From the NCBI GenBank assembly GCA_964019335.1, contig OZ025720.1, positions 1 to 64,000 of the forward strand: DNA of 64,000 bases, given 5' to 3'. This DNA is from Diplonema japonicum (lineage: Eukaryota > Protista > Euglenozoa: Diplonemea). Under the pieces are notes generated by a model. The model ran no database searches. It saw only the letters and a list, made by a program, of their open reading frames with translations, and was not told the origin of the DNA. The position numbers and the translations under genes were made by a program. Numbering within the stretch: position 1 is the first letter of the stretch; each line of letters begins with the position of its first letter. Shown here one piece after another: positions 38,401-50,183 of this stretch.

Positions 38401-39353
38401 CTGACTCTCTGCTCTAGTATAGGAACCTGTTGCGACTGGTGGTCAAACTCAGCAATTCTGCTTCGAAGCTCAAGAAGCTCACTGTTCGATGCCTCAGTTA
38501 GCGCCACCTCATCAGACGATTTAGCCAGATTCTCGTTTGCAGCACGGAGCTTGTCATTTATTCTAGCCAACTCTGAAGCCTTGGGACTCATGGCTAGGAC
38601 CTCCTCTCGTGCATCTTTCTCCAGTTCAAGCTCGTCACTCAACTTGTGACACTCGGTCAGCAGCCATGCCTTCTCTTCGTCTTGTTTGTGTATACTTTGT
38701 TGCAGGGATATGATTCTCTTGTCAAACAGGGTCTGCGGCACTTTGCTCGCCAGCTCGTCTTGCAGCAATTGAATCAGTTCGTCTTTTTCGGACAAGTGCT
38801 TTTCCAGAGCTCGGACAGCAACGAGCAGCTCAGACGTATGCTGGTTGCTGCCCTCCGCCTTAGCCAGCGCTGCATTGATGGAGCCCAACTGCATGCCTAT
38901 CTCGTCGGTTTGCAGTCTGAGTACGTCACGCTCAGCTAATGCTTCCTTGAGCTGCTTTTGGAGATCCTTTTCGGAAGAAGTGGAGTCGCTGCCTGTACCA
39001 GATACATGTGGTACCTCCCCAGCTAGTTGTGCTTCTAAGGATTCAACCCGTGCAAGAGCCTTGGTCAGTTTGTCTTCCAAGTCTGTCACTTGATTGCCCT
39101 TCTTGGGCACCCCTAGCAGGCGACGTTCGGCTGCACGCTTCTCGATACTCAGGATATGCAGCTCCGCCCTTAGCTTATGGATCTCCGTGCCCTCGTCCAT
39201 TCCTAGCTCCCTTTCTCTTTCTTGTTCCCTTATCTTTTCTCTTTCAAGACTCTGCCTTGCCCTCCTGGCGCTCACCTGCTGGAGGGGCTTCGGGGGCCTC
39301 GGCGGCGATGTGCGTGGGGAGTTGAGAATCGGCACATTCCCCACATATGCCAT
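29404..39353 (-). CDS. Giant coiled-coil cytoskeletal-type protein (~3,230 aa); introns 35617-35654, 35498-35529, 34164-34198, 33995-34034, 33674-33706, 33405-33440, 33316-33349
   Basis: The successive ORFs from 39.4 to 29.4 kb join into one frame of 9,702 nt, with E/Q/K/L-rich heptads throughout. Confidence 0.8.
37450..37922. repeat. 204-bp (68-aa) tandem repeat, ~2.3 copies, within the giant coiled-coil gene
   Basis: tgcaagctctgatccgatgagg occurs at 37507 and 37711; the peptide SLQEEKVKQLEDV..TSSDQ is repeated. Confidence 0.88.
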
Positions 39354-39583
39354 AGTAACCTGCAACAAAGTAAGCGATGAACAGGAGAACAATTGAAGTG
39401 AGTGGTAAGAAAGTGAAAAGAAAAAGAGGACCGGTTTGTGAATGGTTAAAAGCTTTGTCAGCTAAACACGTCGGTTCTCTTTCGTAATAACACAGACTGG
39501 TTAATCCAAAAGAAGAATAAGATAATCTTGCCGGGAGGTATGTTACACAAAGATGGCATTCTCGAAAAGAAAAAAAACTAGAC

Positions 39584-41629
39584 CTAAAACTGGTACAGAT
39601 TGCTTTCATCTACCTTGTTAAGGGAAGTATTTTGCCCAATCTGCCACTGTAGTATCCGTGCCTGCGAAGTGTGCAAACTAACACAATATACCATACCATG
39701 AGGTCTTCATCCGCCTTGAGCATGTCTAGCGTGAGATGATCGCCTGTGATCGGGTCGGTGCTGCCCACCTGTTTGAGCCACAGCTCAATGGTCTCTGTGT
39801 TTTCTCTCTTTTCTTTCTTGTTCTAATACCTTTTTCAAAAACCTTTCCAGAAGGCGCACGCATGGGATGCCTAAGAAAATGTCCGTTGATGGCACAAGCG
39901 AACTCTGCAGGTGCACTGCTGCCTTCTGCGGCGGCGGCAACCCATACTTCTTGAGCCTTCTTGGGGAGTGTAGGTGGTTTGATGGGATTTTGCGTTGTGT
40001 CTGCCATGACAGAAGGCTTCGGCATCGGAGTCGACAGAAGCGACGGTAGATCGCCAAGCAACCGCAAATCCTTAGATTCTTCTTGTTTACTGGACTCTCT
40101 GTCGGCTTCTAACGACGCCATGCGCCTGTCGAGTTCGTCCGTCACGCAATCAATGTCACCGCTCACTGCTATGCTCTTCGGCGGTTCCCTGCGCTGTGCC
40201 TCGCTGTTGATGGACACATCGAACAGATTCCCAAGCAAGTCGAAGCTCACAGCGTCCTTCGCAATAGGAATGTGTGTGCTCCCGCTAGCAACCAACCTGA
40301 GAGAGTTTCGTAGATAAATACTATACTTTGCACATACTTCCACAGTTTTACAGCTGTCTCATTCGGCAAGGCTGCCAGCACCTGACCTGTTGTCCGCAGG
40401 ATGGTAGACGATTTGCAGATCTCCGTCACCACGATCCCTTCAGGGAGGTTGTGCTCACCGCACAGCGCGTCAATGTTCACGTTGTAGTGGAAGAGGTACG
40501 CGTACAGCTCAAGGTGTTTTATCACGAATTCCTAAACAAAAGTAGATAGGCGTCTTCTCCATACCTTGATGGGCAGCCCCAGCAAGATGCAGGTAACGAT
40601 ATTAGAGACGCGTAGCTGCGTGGCACAGCCCATGTGAAAACTTCCGAAGGCAAGAACCTTAAGCGAGTGTGTAATACCTAAGATTCCGGTGTATGTGGTA
40701 TGGTGAGAAAAAAACATACCAACAGCAAGAACAGGAGTGATGGGATGCACCACCTCAGAGGTGGTGAGGTCGATGCATCGCGAGATTTCATCGATGCACA
40801 ATCGGATGTAGGCAGGAATGCAGGAGGTGAGGAAGTCAGTTGAGATGAGCAAGGACTGCCTAAGGGCTGTAGCCGTGAGGCCCTGAGATGAGAACGTGTA
40901 AAGATTGAAAATGGCAACAACGAAGGAAATGACTGCAGTGTGAACGGCATTAGGCATCACGGATGAGGAGGACTTATTGGCAGCTGCATTCAGGTACCTC
41001 TGCAGTGCCCCCGACACGGTGGACACCACGTTGTACTTCTGGATGAGGTCGATGAGGCTGTCGATGCGCTCCCTTAAGGTCTTGACATCTCGCGACTCGA
41101 CATCTGCTAGGTCGGCAATCGCCGTGCAGCAGTTCGCAACGATCTCAGGTTCATAAGACGGCACTTTGCATATTTCAAGTAGCAAGTCAATGGCAAAGGC
41201 CGTCTTCCCGTTCGCGTACTCCACTACCTCCAGCCCCCGTATCCTGTACCCGAACACTCTCATCATCAACACCAGCATCGTCGAATGCAGCTTCCCCAGA
41301 GCCGTCCCGAAGGACTCCGATGCTTGCTCCCTCTCCTTCAGCGTGTTCTCAAACCCCACATCGATAGTCTTTATCACATCGTACAGATCGTCACGCCCTG
41401 CCTTGTACCGCGCAAAGGTCGTTAGGGCAGCTAGTGCGCTCGTCTTGTTCTTCAGCGACGAGTCTGTGTTAAGTACAGTCACCAGCCGCCTATTCAACTT
41501 CTTGAACTCCTCGAAATGCTGATTGCACAATAATCTTACGTTCGAAATATCCTGCGCGGCTGTGAGCGTCTTTGCCAGCATGCTCGAGCCCAATTCTTCG
41601 CATGCCGCAGCATCCCGTAGGATATCCAT
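39584..41629 (-). CDS. Helical-repeat protein with a C-terminal U-box (E3 ligase); introns 40678-40719, 40532-40564, 40297-40337, 39795-39829, 39662-39696
   Basis: Spliced U-box PAEFACAINGHFLRHPMRAPSGKVFEK|ETIELWL..DPITG..L; the spliced CDS is 1,860 nt. Confidence 0.82.
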
Positions 41630-41701
41630 TTGCTGCTGTCGAATACTTGTAAAAAAGCAAAGAAAACTACAAAAAAAAAGGGGCACGTAATGAGAGATGG
41701 T

Positions 41702-42430
41702 CTATTCAAGTTCAGATTCTAGTTCAGTGCTGAGAGAAGGCATGCGAGGCAGATCGACAGGCAGAGGCAGCTCCCTGACAGCGGTGCGTGAGCCCTTCTT
41801 GGGCACCTTGAGGAGCCTGCCTGTCCTTGGAGTAAGGAGGTGTACAGTGGTCTTAAGGGTCCCGCCAGGTGTCGACATGAAGGCCACCTGAGGGTCCCGT
41901 GCTGGTGGGGCGACATAGTCTGAGATGGGGCCGCCCTCCCACAGCCACTCCACGAAGGCAGGCCATAGCAGGGTAGGGTGATCTGTGGCTCTGCTGACGT
42001 CAGAAACACTGATAGTGATATGCTGCAAGTCTTGTACCTCTGTGCAGGACCTGGCGAGCATCACCAGCCGCACGATGTAGGCACGTTCGCATCCTGCCCC
42101 GTAAGAGCTTAGGACTTTGTAACCCACACCCTTAGTGACATGCCTCACCTCTGTCACCATGCTTGGATCATTATCCTCTAGCCACCTTAAGTCAGTGATG
42201 ATCTTCACACCCAGAGCGACACATACAGCAAGCTGCGCAGACAGGCAGCCACCATCCCTAGCCAGAACAAAGCAGTGTGTCGCCCACCTGGCCCTCTCGA
42301 TTACCACGTCTACTGGGTATTGCTCCCCATAGTTCGACACTGCAATTCCAGCACCGCACCTCTCGGCAGCCTCGATACACGCTCTGACATCAGGCATGTC
42401 ATCGGCCTCACTGAAAAGCAAGATGTGCAT
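41702..42430 (-). CDS. BRCT-like domain protein
   Basis: ATHCFV..LAVCVALGVKII..WLED fits the BRCT C-terminal pattern. Confidence 0.55.
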   Translation of the reverse strand: MHILLFSEADDMPDVRACIEAAERCGAGIAVSNYGEQYPVDVVIERARWATHCFVLARDGGCLSAQLAVCVALGVKIITDLRWLEDNDPSMVTEVRHVTKGVGYKVLSSYGAGCERAYIVRLVMLARSCTEVQDLQHITISVSDVSRATDHPTLLWPAFVEWLWEGGPISDYVAPPARDPQVAFMSTPGGTLKTTVHLLTPRTGRLLKVPKKGSRTAVRELPLPVDLPRMPSLSTELESELE

Positions 42431-42497
42431 TATTATTATGTGTAACTAGGAATATGGTACACCCTAACAAAGATGGGAAGAAAATACTCTACTACAA

Positions 42498-43877
42498 TTA
42501 TCTATTCTTCCTGGCCAAACGGATGTCCCATAATTCCTCTTTCATCTCAGCTCGTGCCTGCAGCTCTGCCCTGAGTGAGACGTGGAGGTCCCTATTTTCC
42601 ACTTCTAATGAGTGTTTAGTCCGCTGCAACTGCTCCTTAGCTACCTTTAGTGGTCCATACGACTTTTTCAACTTCCTAAACAAAGCCCTCTCGTCTTCTG
42701 TGAGACCAGTGTGGTAGTGTATCGCAGCAAATCCCTGCAACTCCTCCTCTTGCACCGTTGTCTCGTGCACCATCTTGATGCCGTCCAGCTTCCTAATGGC
42801 GTCTTCGACTGCTATTTGCAATTTTTCGTGCAGGAGCTTTTCGCCTTTGTGGTCAAGCCTCAAAGTTGTGAGGTCATTGGTCTGAATGATGTTGGTATCG
42901 GCGACGGTGAGGAAGGGGGCGAACGGAGGGATACAGTGTGCCAGTTTAGTGATGCGGGCGTCCAGCTCGATGGCCACTTCAGCGATCTCGCCAACGTGGT
43001 CGGCGTCCGTGCCTGAAGGGGGCTGCGGGCTGGGAGGGTCGTGGAAGGCTTCCCCCTCAAGTGCCTGAGCAGACTGCGACCTGAAAGCAGTCTCGACAAG
43101 GTCGCACGACCTCCGTAGCCACCTGAGAAGTGGGAGGTTAACCTCGGATACGTTGCAACCAGCTTCGATCTCACTGCGTATGTTTTCTAGTGCCGCCCGC
43201 ATGGTAGGCAGCTCGTTGTTCGCCTCCACAAGGTCGTCGGTCACCTTCGCCACAAGCACATCCAGTTCCATGCACGTGTGCACCCTCCCCTCCACAATCA
43301 CTTCAAGGTCGTCTTTCACGGTAACCGTCTCTGCAGCAATCTTCGCGTTCTCCTCAGTGCTTCTCGACAGCATGTTGTTCAGCAGAGTGCTCTTCTGCTG
43401 CTCTTCTGCAATACTTTTCGTCGTTATATTTATCTGCCTCAGCAAACTGCTGACCTTGTCTTCCAGTGCGGTCTTGTGCCTGTCAAGTATCTGTTTTTCG
43501 GGTATGTGTTTAGCTTTCTCCGCTTGCATTTGTGCCGTCAGATTGTCCAACCGTACGCTCAAGCCACGCATCTCTTCTAGCTGTCTTGTGTGTGCTTGGG
43601 TCTTCGCTTGTAATGTCATGCGCAAGGTTGCTTCTTCTTCCTTTGCCTGTCGTTGTGCAAGGCCATTATTTATCTGTGTTAGTTAACCGTATGTGAAGCA
43701 GCACACCTGATGGTTCCGCAGCCTGCTTTGTACAGCGTCGTGCGTGCGGCTCAACCTCAAGAGTTCATTCTGGAGATTGTCTACCATGGCACCAGTGACT
43801 GCTTTCTTCCTGACAGAGCTGCGGATGGTGTCAACATCCCGCGACAGCCACCGCAGGTTGGGGTCCAACGTGTTCAT
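42498..43877 (-). CDS. Coiled-coil hypothetical protein; 1 intron (43674-43706, GTGTG donor)
   Basis: Two ORFs join in frame through a 33-nt intron that contains a stop. Confidence 0.72.
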
Positions 43878-43990
43878 TGCTCCTGTGTTGTGGTGGTGAT
43901 GTTGGTGGGTAAATGCGCTGCTGGGAATGAACGTAACTTACAACTCAAATCTACGGGGCCACCTTCCAAGAGCAACACCCTGCAGTTATA

Positions 43991-44281
43991 TTATGTAGAC
44001 ACGCTCTTCAGCATTGAGTCAAAAAAATATGATCCTGTAATGTGCCCCGTCTCTCTTATCGCTTCCACCTTTGTACCACTGCTACTGTTGCTTATACTCT
44101 CTACCTCCAGCACCTTTGGATCCGGCTCCTCGTCTACCCACTCCCAGGGGGCCATTCGATACCCTCCAGGAAGCATGGGGCCTTTGTAATCCTCTGGTGG
44201 TTTGCACACGCACATCCCAGTCGGTTCGCACACATTGCTATAAATCACACCGCAGTCAAGACATCTCACAGATCGTGTCAT
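43991..44281 (-). CDS. Small Cys-rich hypothetical protein (exon structure uncertain)
   Basis: MTRSVRCLDCGVIYSNVCEPTGMCVCKPP..; preceded by a pyrimidine tract plus AG. Confidence 0.45.
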   Translation of the reverse strand: MTRSVRCLDCGVIYSNVCEPTGMCVCKPPEDYKGPMLPGGYRMAPWEWVDEEPDPKVLEVESISNSSSGTKVEAIRETGHITGSYFFDSMLKSVST

Positions 44282-44387
44282 CTTCCTATGGGGGGTGAAC
44301 GCCAAAAATGGGACAAGTACTTTGTTCTTTTCTTTGGCTATATTTCTTGTTCTTTTCTTTTTTTTTTTTTTTTTTTTTTCAAACGGC

Positions 44388-45345
44388 CTAGCAATCGGCG
44401 GTCTCTATCAAGGCGCTCAGGAGTACTGCAGCAGTGTATATGCCTACCACGAGGAGTACAGCAACCCAACAAGCCAACGGACTGCTTGAGGGATGCAGCT
44501 TCGGTGTCCCAAAGCGGCTGATGCTCGCGGTGGCTGCCGAGGCTTTTGTGCAGGCCTGTTGTGCGTTTCTTTCGTTGTTGAATGCATACTTGTATAGAGA
44601 TAAGTATTGTCATGAAACAGAATAGACAATGAACACCAATGATTGTGTAAAACATGGTGCTCGAAGGTACGTTCTCGTACGGCCCACGTGTGTCCTGGAT
44701 TCGGACTCTGGCTACAATCAAATAGATCATCTGCGGAACAGTGAAGATGAACACCCTGACAACACACAGCATGGCCCCGAAGGCATGCAAGAACCTTGGG
44801 TAGTGCTTTGTGACAGTCGCTTCGTCAGACTGATGTGCCCTCCATTCCATGATGGCACGGAGCAGCCATTGTATCTCATAGGCAGGGAAGAGCAAACAGC
44901 ACTTTAGGTTCATAGGCCACATGAACACGGACTGCGAACCAAGCAGCTTTCCGAATAAGAACATTGCGCAGTCCGAAGCCGCAGCAATCAGCAATGGCAC
45001 CAAGCCCACGAGGGTAGAGCATTCCGTGAAGAAATACCCAATACCAATAAACGTAAAAGTGGTGTCAAGCAAGTAGCACAGTATGCTCAACACCATCGTC
45101 ACCATGCTGCCCATCCCAACCACGTGCTCCCCACAGCAGTCGTCTACCCCATGCAGCGGGACATGATTACTGCCAAACTCGTCTTTGTACGGCTTCATGT
45201 TCCATGTGATAGGGCTGCCTACCTCTTGTGCAAGATCTTCACCCTGTACACCACGTTCCTCCTCTTCCTCAAGTTTAATATCAACATCGCTTTCTTGGAC
45301 CACCTCAAGCTCTTGCTCTTCCACTTCTTCTTGCCCAAGAGTCAT
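44388..45345 (-). CDS. Multi-pass membrane protein, possibly XK-related; 1 intron (44556-44589)
   Basis: Acidic N-terminus, about five hydrophobic helices and a TVPQ motif reminiscent of the XK-family xxPQ. The family assignment is weak. Confidence 0.6.
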
Positions 45346-45414
45346 CCGCCTGATGTGGTTTGTTTCAATACCGCACTCGCGACGTATTCTTTTTCTCAAC
45401 TGTCTATTCTTTTT

Positions 45415-48400
45415 TTATAGCAAAAATCTAGGATCTACAGCCTGTCTTGATAAGGACAGTAAAGATGCTCTGGTCCTGACAAGCTTGCCTAGGTAGTAGC
45501 ACAGCATTACGAGTAAGATAGCAAGCCAAGGACTGTTGGGGGTTTGGTTTCAACTTCGTGTACATACTCTTCCAACAAGGAGTCCAGCGCAATAAATACC
45601 ACCATTTCGGACAGGTGCAGCATCCCCTGTGTGGTGTGTTGTTTATGTTGCACTTGCATACGTCAGCCCCTGCAAGGGTAGCGACAGATGCCCACCCAGG
45701 CCCTAGGTTGACAAGTGGCTCTGCGTACAACTGAATAGCATTGTCAGAAAGAGGGACTTGTGCCATGGACTGTGCTTGTGCCTGAACAAAACTCAGAGGC
45801 TGCAAGGGATAAGGAGGCGGAAGACCCAAGAATGACGATGGTGCCATTGTGAACTTCAGCACAGCCTCGCTGACAGCCTTGTCAAGGTTCTCTTTAATTG
45901 TTCTTACTCGTGCTTCTTGAACTCCTGTGGTCTGCACGTGCTGATGAGTCCCCCTCACAGTCACTCCGTGCAATCGTTCAAAACACCTCCTGAAGGTACC
46001 TTTCTCCCTTCTTAAGGTCTTCGCATGCTTCTCAATCGGCACATCCAGCAACGCCCTTACATCAGCTCCTTGTTGCTTCGACAGGAATATTTCAAATTTC
46101 CTCTTCACAGGAATGTACATTGGCTGCATTGATATGGCTGCCTGCTGCACCTGCCACTCCACAAGCGACATTTCGGCATTGTCACACCCTTCCACAGGCG
46201 CCTGTTTCCTGCCATTTAAGAAGTACCCCCACCTGGGAAGGGGCAGCAGCAGAATTGACACATTGCACTGTGCCAAGAGGTCTTCGAACCTTGACAGAGG
46301 GTTTTCGGGTAGAACAAAATGATAGCATGCATTAAGTAGGAACCATATAAGGCTGGAGAAGAAAGCAATAAAGCCTGTGATAGCAACGCGCAGGATGGGG
46401 TGTGTCGCGCTTTGGAAGGAATAAGTGTTCACGTCCGATGAGCTTGAAGAAGTCTCATACGGCACACCCCAATTGGCTCTGTGCCTGTTCGTGAGATCGG
46501 GGTCGGCGACAGCAAGTGTATCGTACCCAAGCCCCACGTACAACCACATCAACCACACGAGGCACCAGGTTGTGTGCCATGACCTCGTAACTGATAAATT
46601 GTGGAATTCATTTGCCACAAGGACCCTGCGCCACATGCTGATAGGCGTTTCGTCGTTTGTGCTCCTGTCCATACCCTTCGGCGTTTCCCAGTCCAGCAGC
46701 ATCACCTTCATCTTGCACTGGCGGTAGTAGACGAGCCCCATTGCCACAAGCTTTGCTACCAGCATGGACACCACAGCACCGTAGAATGGACCTAGCTTGT
46801 GTGGCAGTGCACGCGTCACCTGAGTTTGGCTCGTGCTGTGCTTGTACTGCACATAATAGCCACAACACCCAAGCCATATCACTAGAATGAGAAAGTTCCC
46901 CATGATGTTGCACAGCGTCCCCAGCACAGTGAACACCAGCTCGTAATCCATTAGCCGCGACAGGTTCCCAGAGTAAGTCACCGTCACTCTTGCAGGTTTG
47001 CCGTCAGGAGTCACCCACGGAGCGCAACGTGTTGGATGCGCACCATTATGTGGGCTTGAAAATAGAACAGCTGCAGCACCAGGTTGCATCAGTACCCACC
47101 TACCATCCTCAGTAGTCTGCAGCAGCATTCCATCGTATCTGTTCCAGCACGGCATCCCCATAGGTGTCTCGTAACCGGTTACGTACTCCCCAGCAGCTTC
47201 TATGTCCCCCGTCACGTGAAGAGACCCTGCAGGAGGCGACTCCTGTCTTCTCCGCGTGAAAGCCAAGCACTTCAGCAAACTGAGCAGCAGTGATAATGCT
47301 GCCAGCACAACACAGACGCCAATCAGAGCTTGTGATGTCTCTTGCGTTGCACCTTTCCAAAGACCGTCAATGTGCACCCTCCGCTTCCCTTCGCTCACAC
47401 CCACAGCATCAAACTCCAGAACGAGCACGGGATGTAATATGCTCCCATTGCTGTCCACCTCGACCTCGAAGCTCAAGTCCGACGCGTACCTCACGTACCC
47501 TGCTGCAGAGGCGGTGTCTATTGTGTAGAAACGCTTGTGCAGCACTCCACCTATGCTTACTGGGATTGGGAAAAGTGAATCGAGCCCCTCACCCCCTGCG
47601 AGGAACAGCTCGAAAGTGAGTGTCGTGTGGTTGACAAAAGCCGCGGGGTCAAGCAAGCAGGATGCACCGCCCTGCACACCGGACTTTAGGGTGTGTGTGA
47701 AGGTGGTGAGCGGAGTGTCACACGGGAGGAAGTAATCAGCAAGCTTGAATACACCCAGATAAGCGCCCTGCTCATTCCACTTCATAACGTACAGCGGAAG
47801 GGTGTTAGCGGGATTTAGAGTTACGGTGAATGGGTATACGGGGTACACCCATGGGGATTCTGCACGTGACAAGGCGGTTAGTGTACTACAGGCGGATAGT
47901 TGGGGGTCATGCTGTTGGAAGGCACACCACGCCAGGAGTTCTGGACACAGCCCACGCGAGGTGCACTTTGCAGTTGCGTCATTGATGCCACTCTCTATGA
48001 GGGTGCTTGTCGTCAGCAGGCCCCCTAGCTGCACGGTGGATTCCTTTTCATAAACCGCAGTGCACCTGGTTCCCGTCAAGCTGTACCCCTCACGGCACGC
48101 ACAGACGAGACGGCCTGCAGTGTCGCTGATGAAAGACATGCCAATAGGGCACTGTACCTCTTCGTAGCACATTACACTAGGGAGGCTAGCCCCACTGATA
48201 TCGGCAATCCCTTGGAAACCAGAAGGGCAGCCGCATGTGACGTTGCTCTGTGGCAGGACAAAAGGGATGTTCGGGGCAGCAGCGTTGCACTGCACACATC
48301 TATCTTCCACAGACAAGCTGCCATCAGGGCACACAACGCAGCGACTGTAATCCCCAGTCGACCTGTATGAGTACCAGCTGGAGCATGTTGTATTTCCAGT

Positions 48401-48448
48401 TGGGACGGCAGCTGCTACCGACAACGCTACCTGTAGCACGTGCAACAT
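45415..48448 (-). CDS. TMEM67: Meckelin (TMEM67/MKS3)-like ciliary transition-zone protein; introns 45627-45661, 45533-45567
   Basis: Signal peptide and Cys-rich domain, DWETPK, ISMWRRVLVANEF, FEDLLAQCNVS..GYFLNGR. Splicing restores the last TMs and the terminal VDPRFLL*. Confidence 0.88.
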
Positions 48449-48558
48449 CTCATCTTTTATTTTACTGGCTTGCGGTAGCTACGGTGTTGCAAGACGAGAC
48501 TAAGAAAGAGGGAACCAACAAAACGAACTGAACGAACTACAAGAAAGGGATAGATGTC

Positions 48559-48962
48559 TCATGCGTACTTCCTGACAGTGGCGGCTGTCTTCTTTGGGTC
48601 TTTCTTCGCTTCTTCGACCGCCTGTGGTCTGGTATAATGTGCTTGTTTCCATACCCGTTTTGCCATTTCATCCTTGACACCCTCCTCGAAGCCAGCATAG
48701 TCATTCTGTTCGTGTTGCTGAGGCACTTTACGCATACCTCCCCTGTGAAGACCTTTGTACCCGTGAACGGGCTGCCATCTTCGCTTACCTTCTTCCAGCA
48801 TGCCCAGCCAATAGCACCCGCCACGCAAATTGCAAGCATCGCAGTTAAGATGCCTGCGATCACCACGTTATCCTGGCTAGGCGACGAAGGCCAGTCAAGC
48901 CTCGTCGCGGGTTTTTCCGCCATAGCGGCGTGCAGCATCAACAAACCAATCATGTGTCTCAT
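48559..48962 (-). CDS. Small type I single-pass membrane protein (112 aa); introns 48706-48737, 48622-48654
   Basis: Signal peptide, one TM (VVIAGILTAMLAICVAGAIGWACW-KK) and two GTATG..CAG introns. Confidence 0.7.
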
Positions 48963-49231
48963 TGTGTCTTTCTGTTAGTGGGGTTAGCGGAGGGGATTTC
49001 GAATGCATGTTATGCTACGACTCAGAATCCAAAAATGTCCCAACAGGAGGGTCTCTCCAGAGCAAGAACCGATTTAGCCATTTTCTGGCCCCAAAAACGC
49101 AAAAACCTGGATAAAAGCAAGACACACCCCTGTTCGGAAAAAACTCTTTTTTGATTTGAGGTAAAAGGTTAAAAACAATTCGTAAAAAAAAAAAAAGAAA
49201 AAACGCTTTTTTTCTCTCTTTCTTAATATAT

Positions 49232-50041
49232 TCACCTGCCGTATTGAACCGCGCAGACAGAGATGCCGACAAAGGAAAGCAACAACGCGGACTGCACGGC
49301 CACAAACCCACTCCATTTCTTGACCGACTTCCCCAAAGGGGCCAACACACCATACGGCCACTCATTCGTGAGACTGTGGTTGAAGTGAATCCAGCCGACG
49401 TACATCGAGGCGTAAGTCACGATGGCCATGACTGTCGTGGATATAGAGGGAAGCGTGGCCTTCAAATGCATGGCATCCTTAACAAACAAAACGTCAGCAA
49501 GTGCCAAGAAACCAGCAGGTACATGAAGCCAGAGCATCTGCTCCCTGAAAGGGATGCCTTTGGACCTCCACACGCTACATGACTCCAGGAAATCCTTACT
49601 CCAGTGCACGAGTGTGAAATACTGCACAGTGACAAAGATAGATAAGCCGCCAATGATGGTGGAAAGGGCGTGGGTAGTGTGGTGGTACGGAGATATGAAA
49701 TGGATGGCCTGCAGAGCGAGGATCTGTCTGGTGAGGAAAACCCAACGGCCGAAGCGGCGCTGCACACGCCACATAACCATGTCGTCCTTGCTGGGCATGG
49801 GGGCTGCGTACATGTGCTGGTAGAGCACTAAGCCACTCAGTGCGGCGCACATCATTCTTCCTGTATCATTCCCTGCTGAAACCTGGATGTTGGGATCACC
49901 AATGACAGCCCCGGCAGTGTGATAAATACCAGTCATGACAGGGATCGCGATCGCATCTGCTGTTAGCATCCACCGCATGTTCTTCTTCTCTTCCTCATCC
50001 TGCTTCACATACCCAGGGTACAACCAGTTTTCAAGGACCAT
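49232..50041 (-). CDS. FAR-17a/AIG1/ADTRP-like multi-pass lipid hydrolase
   Basis: FGRWVFLT (catalytic Thr), WLH (His) and WPYGVL motifs with multiple TMs. Confidence 0.75.
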   Translation of the reverse strand: MVLENWLYPGYVKQDEEEKKNMRWMLTADAIAIPVMTGIYHTAGAVIGDPNIQVSAGNDTGRMMCAALSGLVLYQHMYAAPMPSKDDMVMWRVQRRFGRWVFLTRQILALQAIHFISPYHHTTHALSTIIGGLSIFVTVQYFTLVHWSKDFLESCSVWRSKGIPFREQMLWLHVPAGFLALADVLFVKDAMHLKATLPSISTTVMAIVTYASMYVGWIHFNHSLTNEWPYGVLAPLGKSVKKWSGFVAVQSALLLSFVGISVCAVQYGR

Positions 50042-50183
50042 TTTCTTTTTTCTTTCGTTGCGAAGTGCTAAGATCCTGCGAAGAATAAGTTAAAAATCCT
50101 TTTTTTTTTCTCTTCGAAAATTTTGCAGACTCCCCTTTTTTCTTTTTAAACTACGAAGACACTTTATTATAGCTAAATAATAA

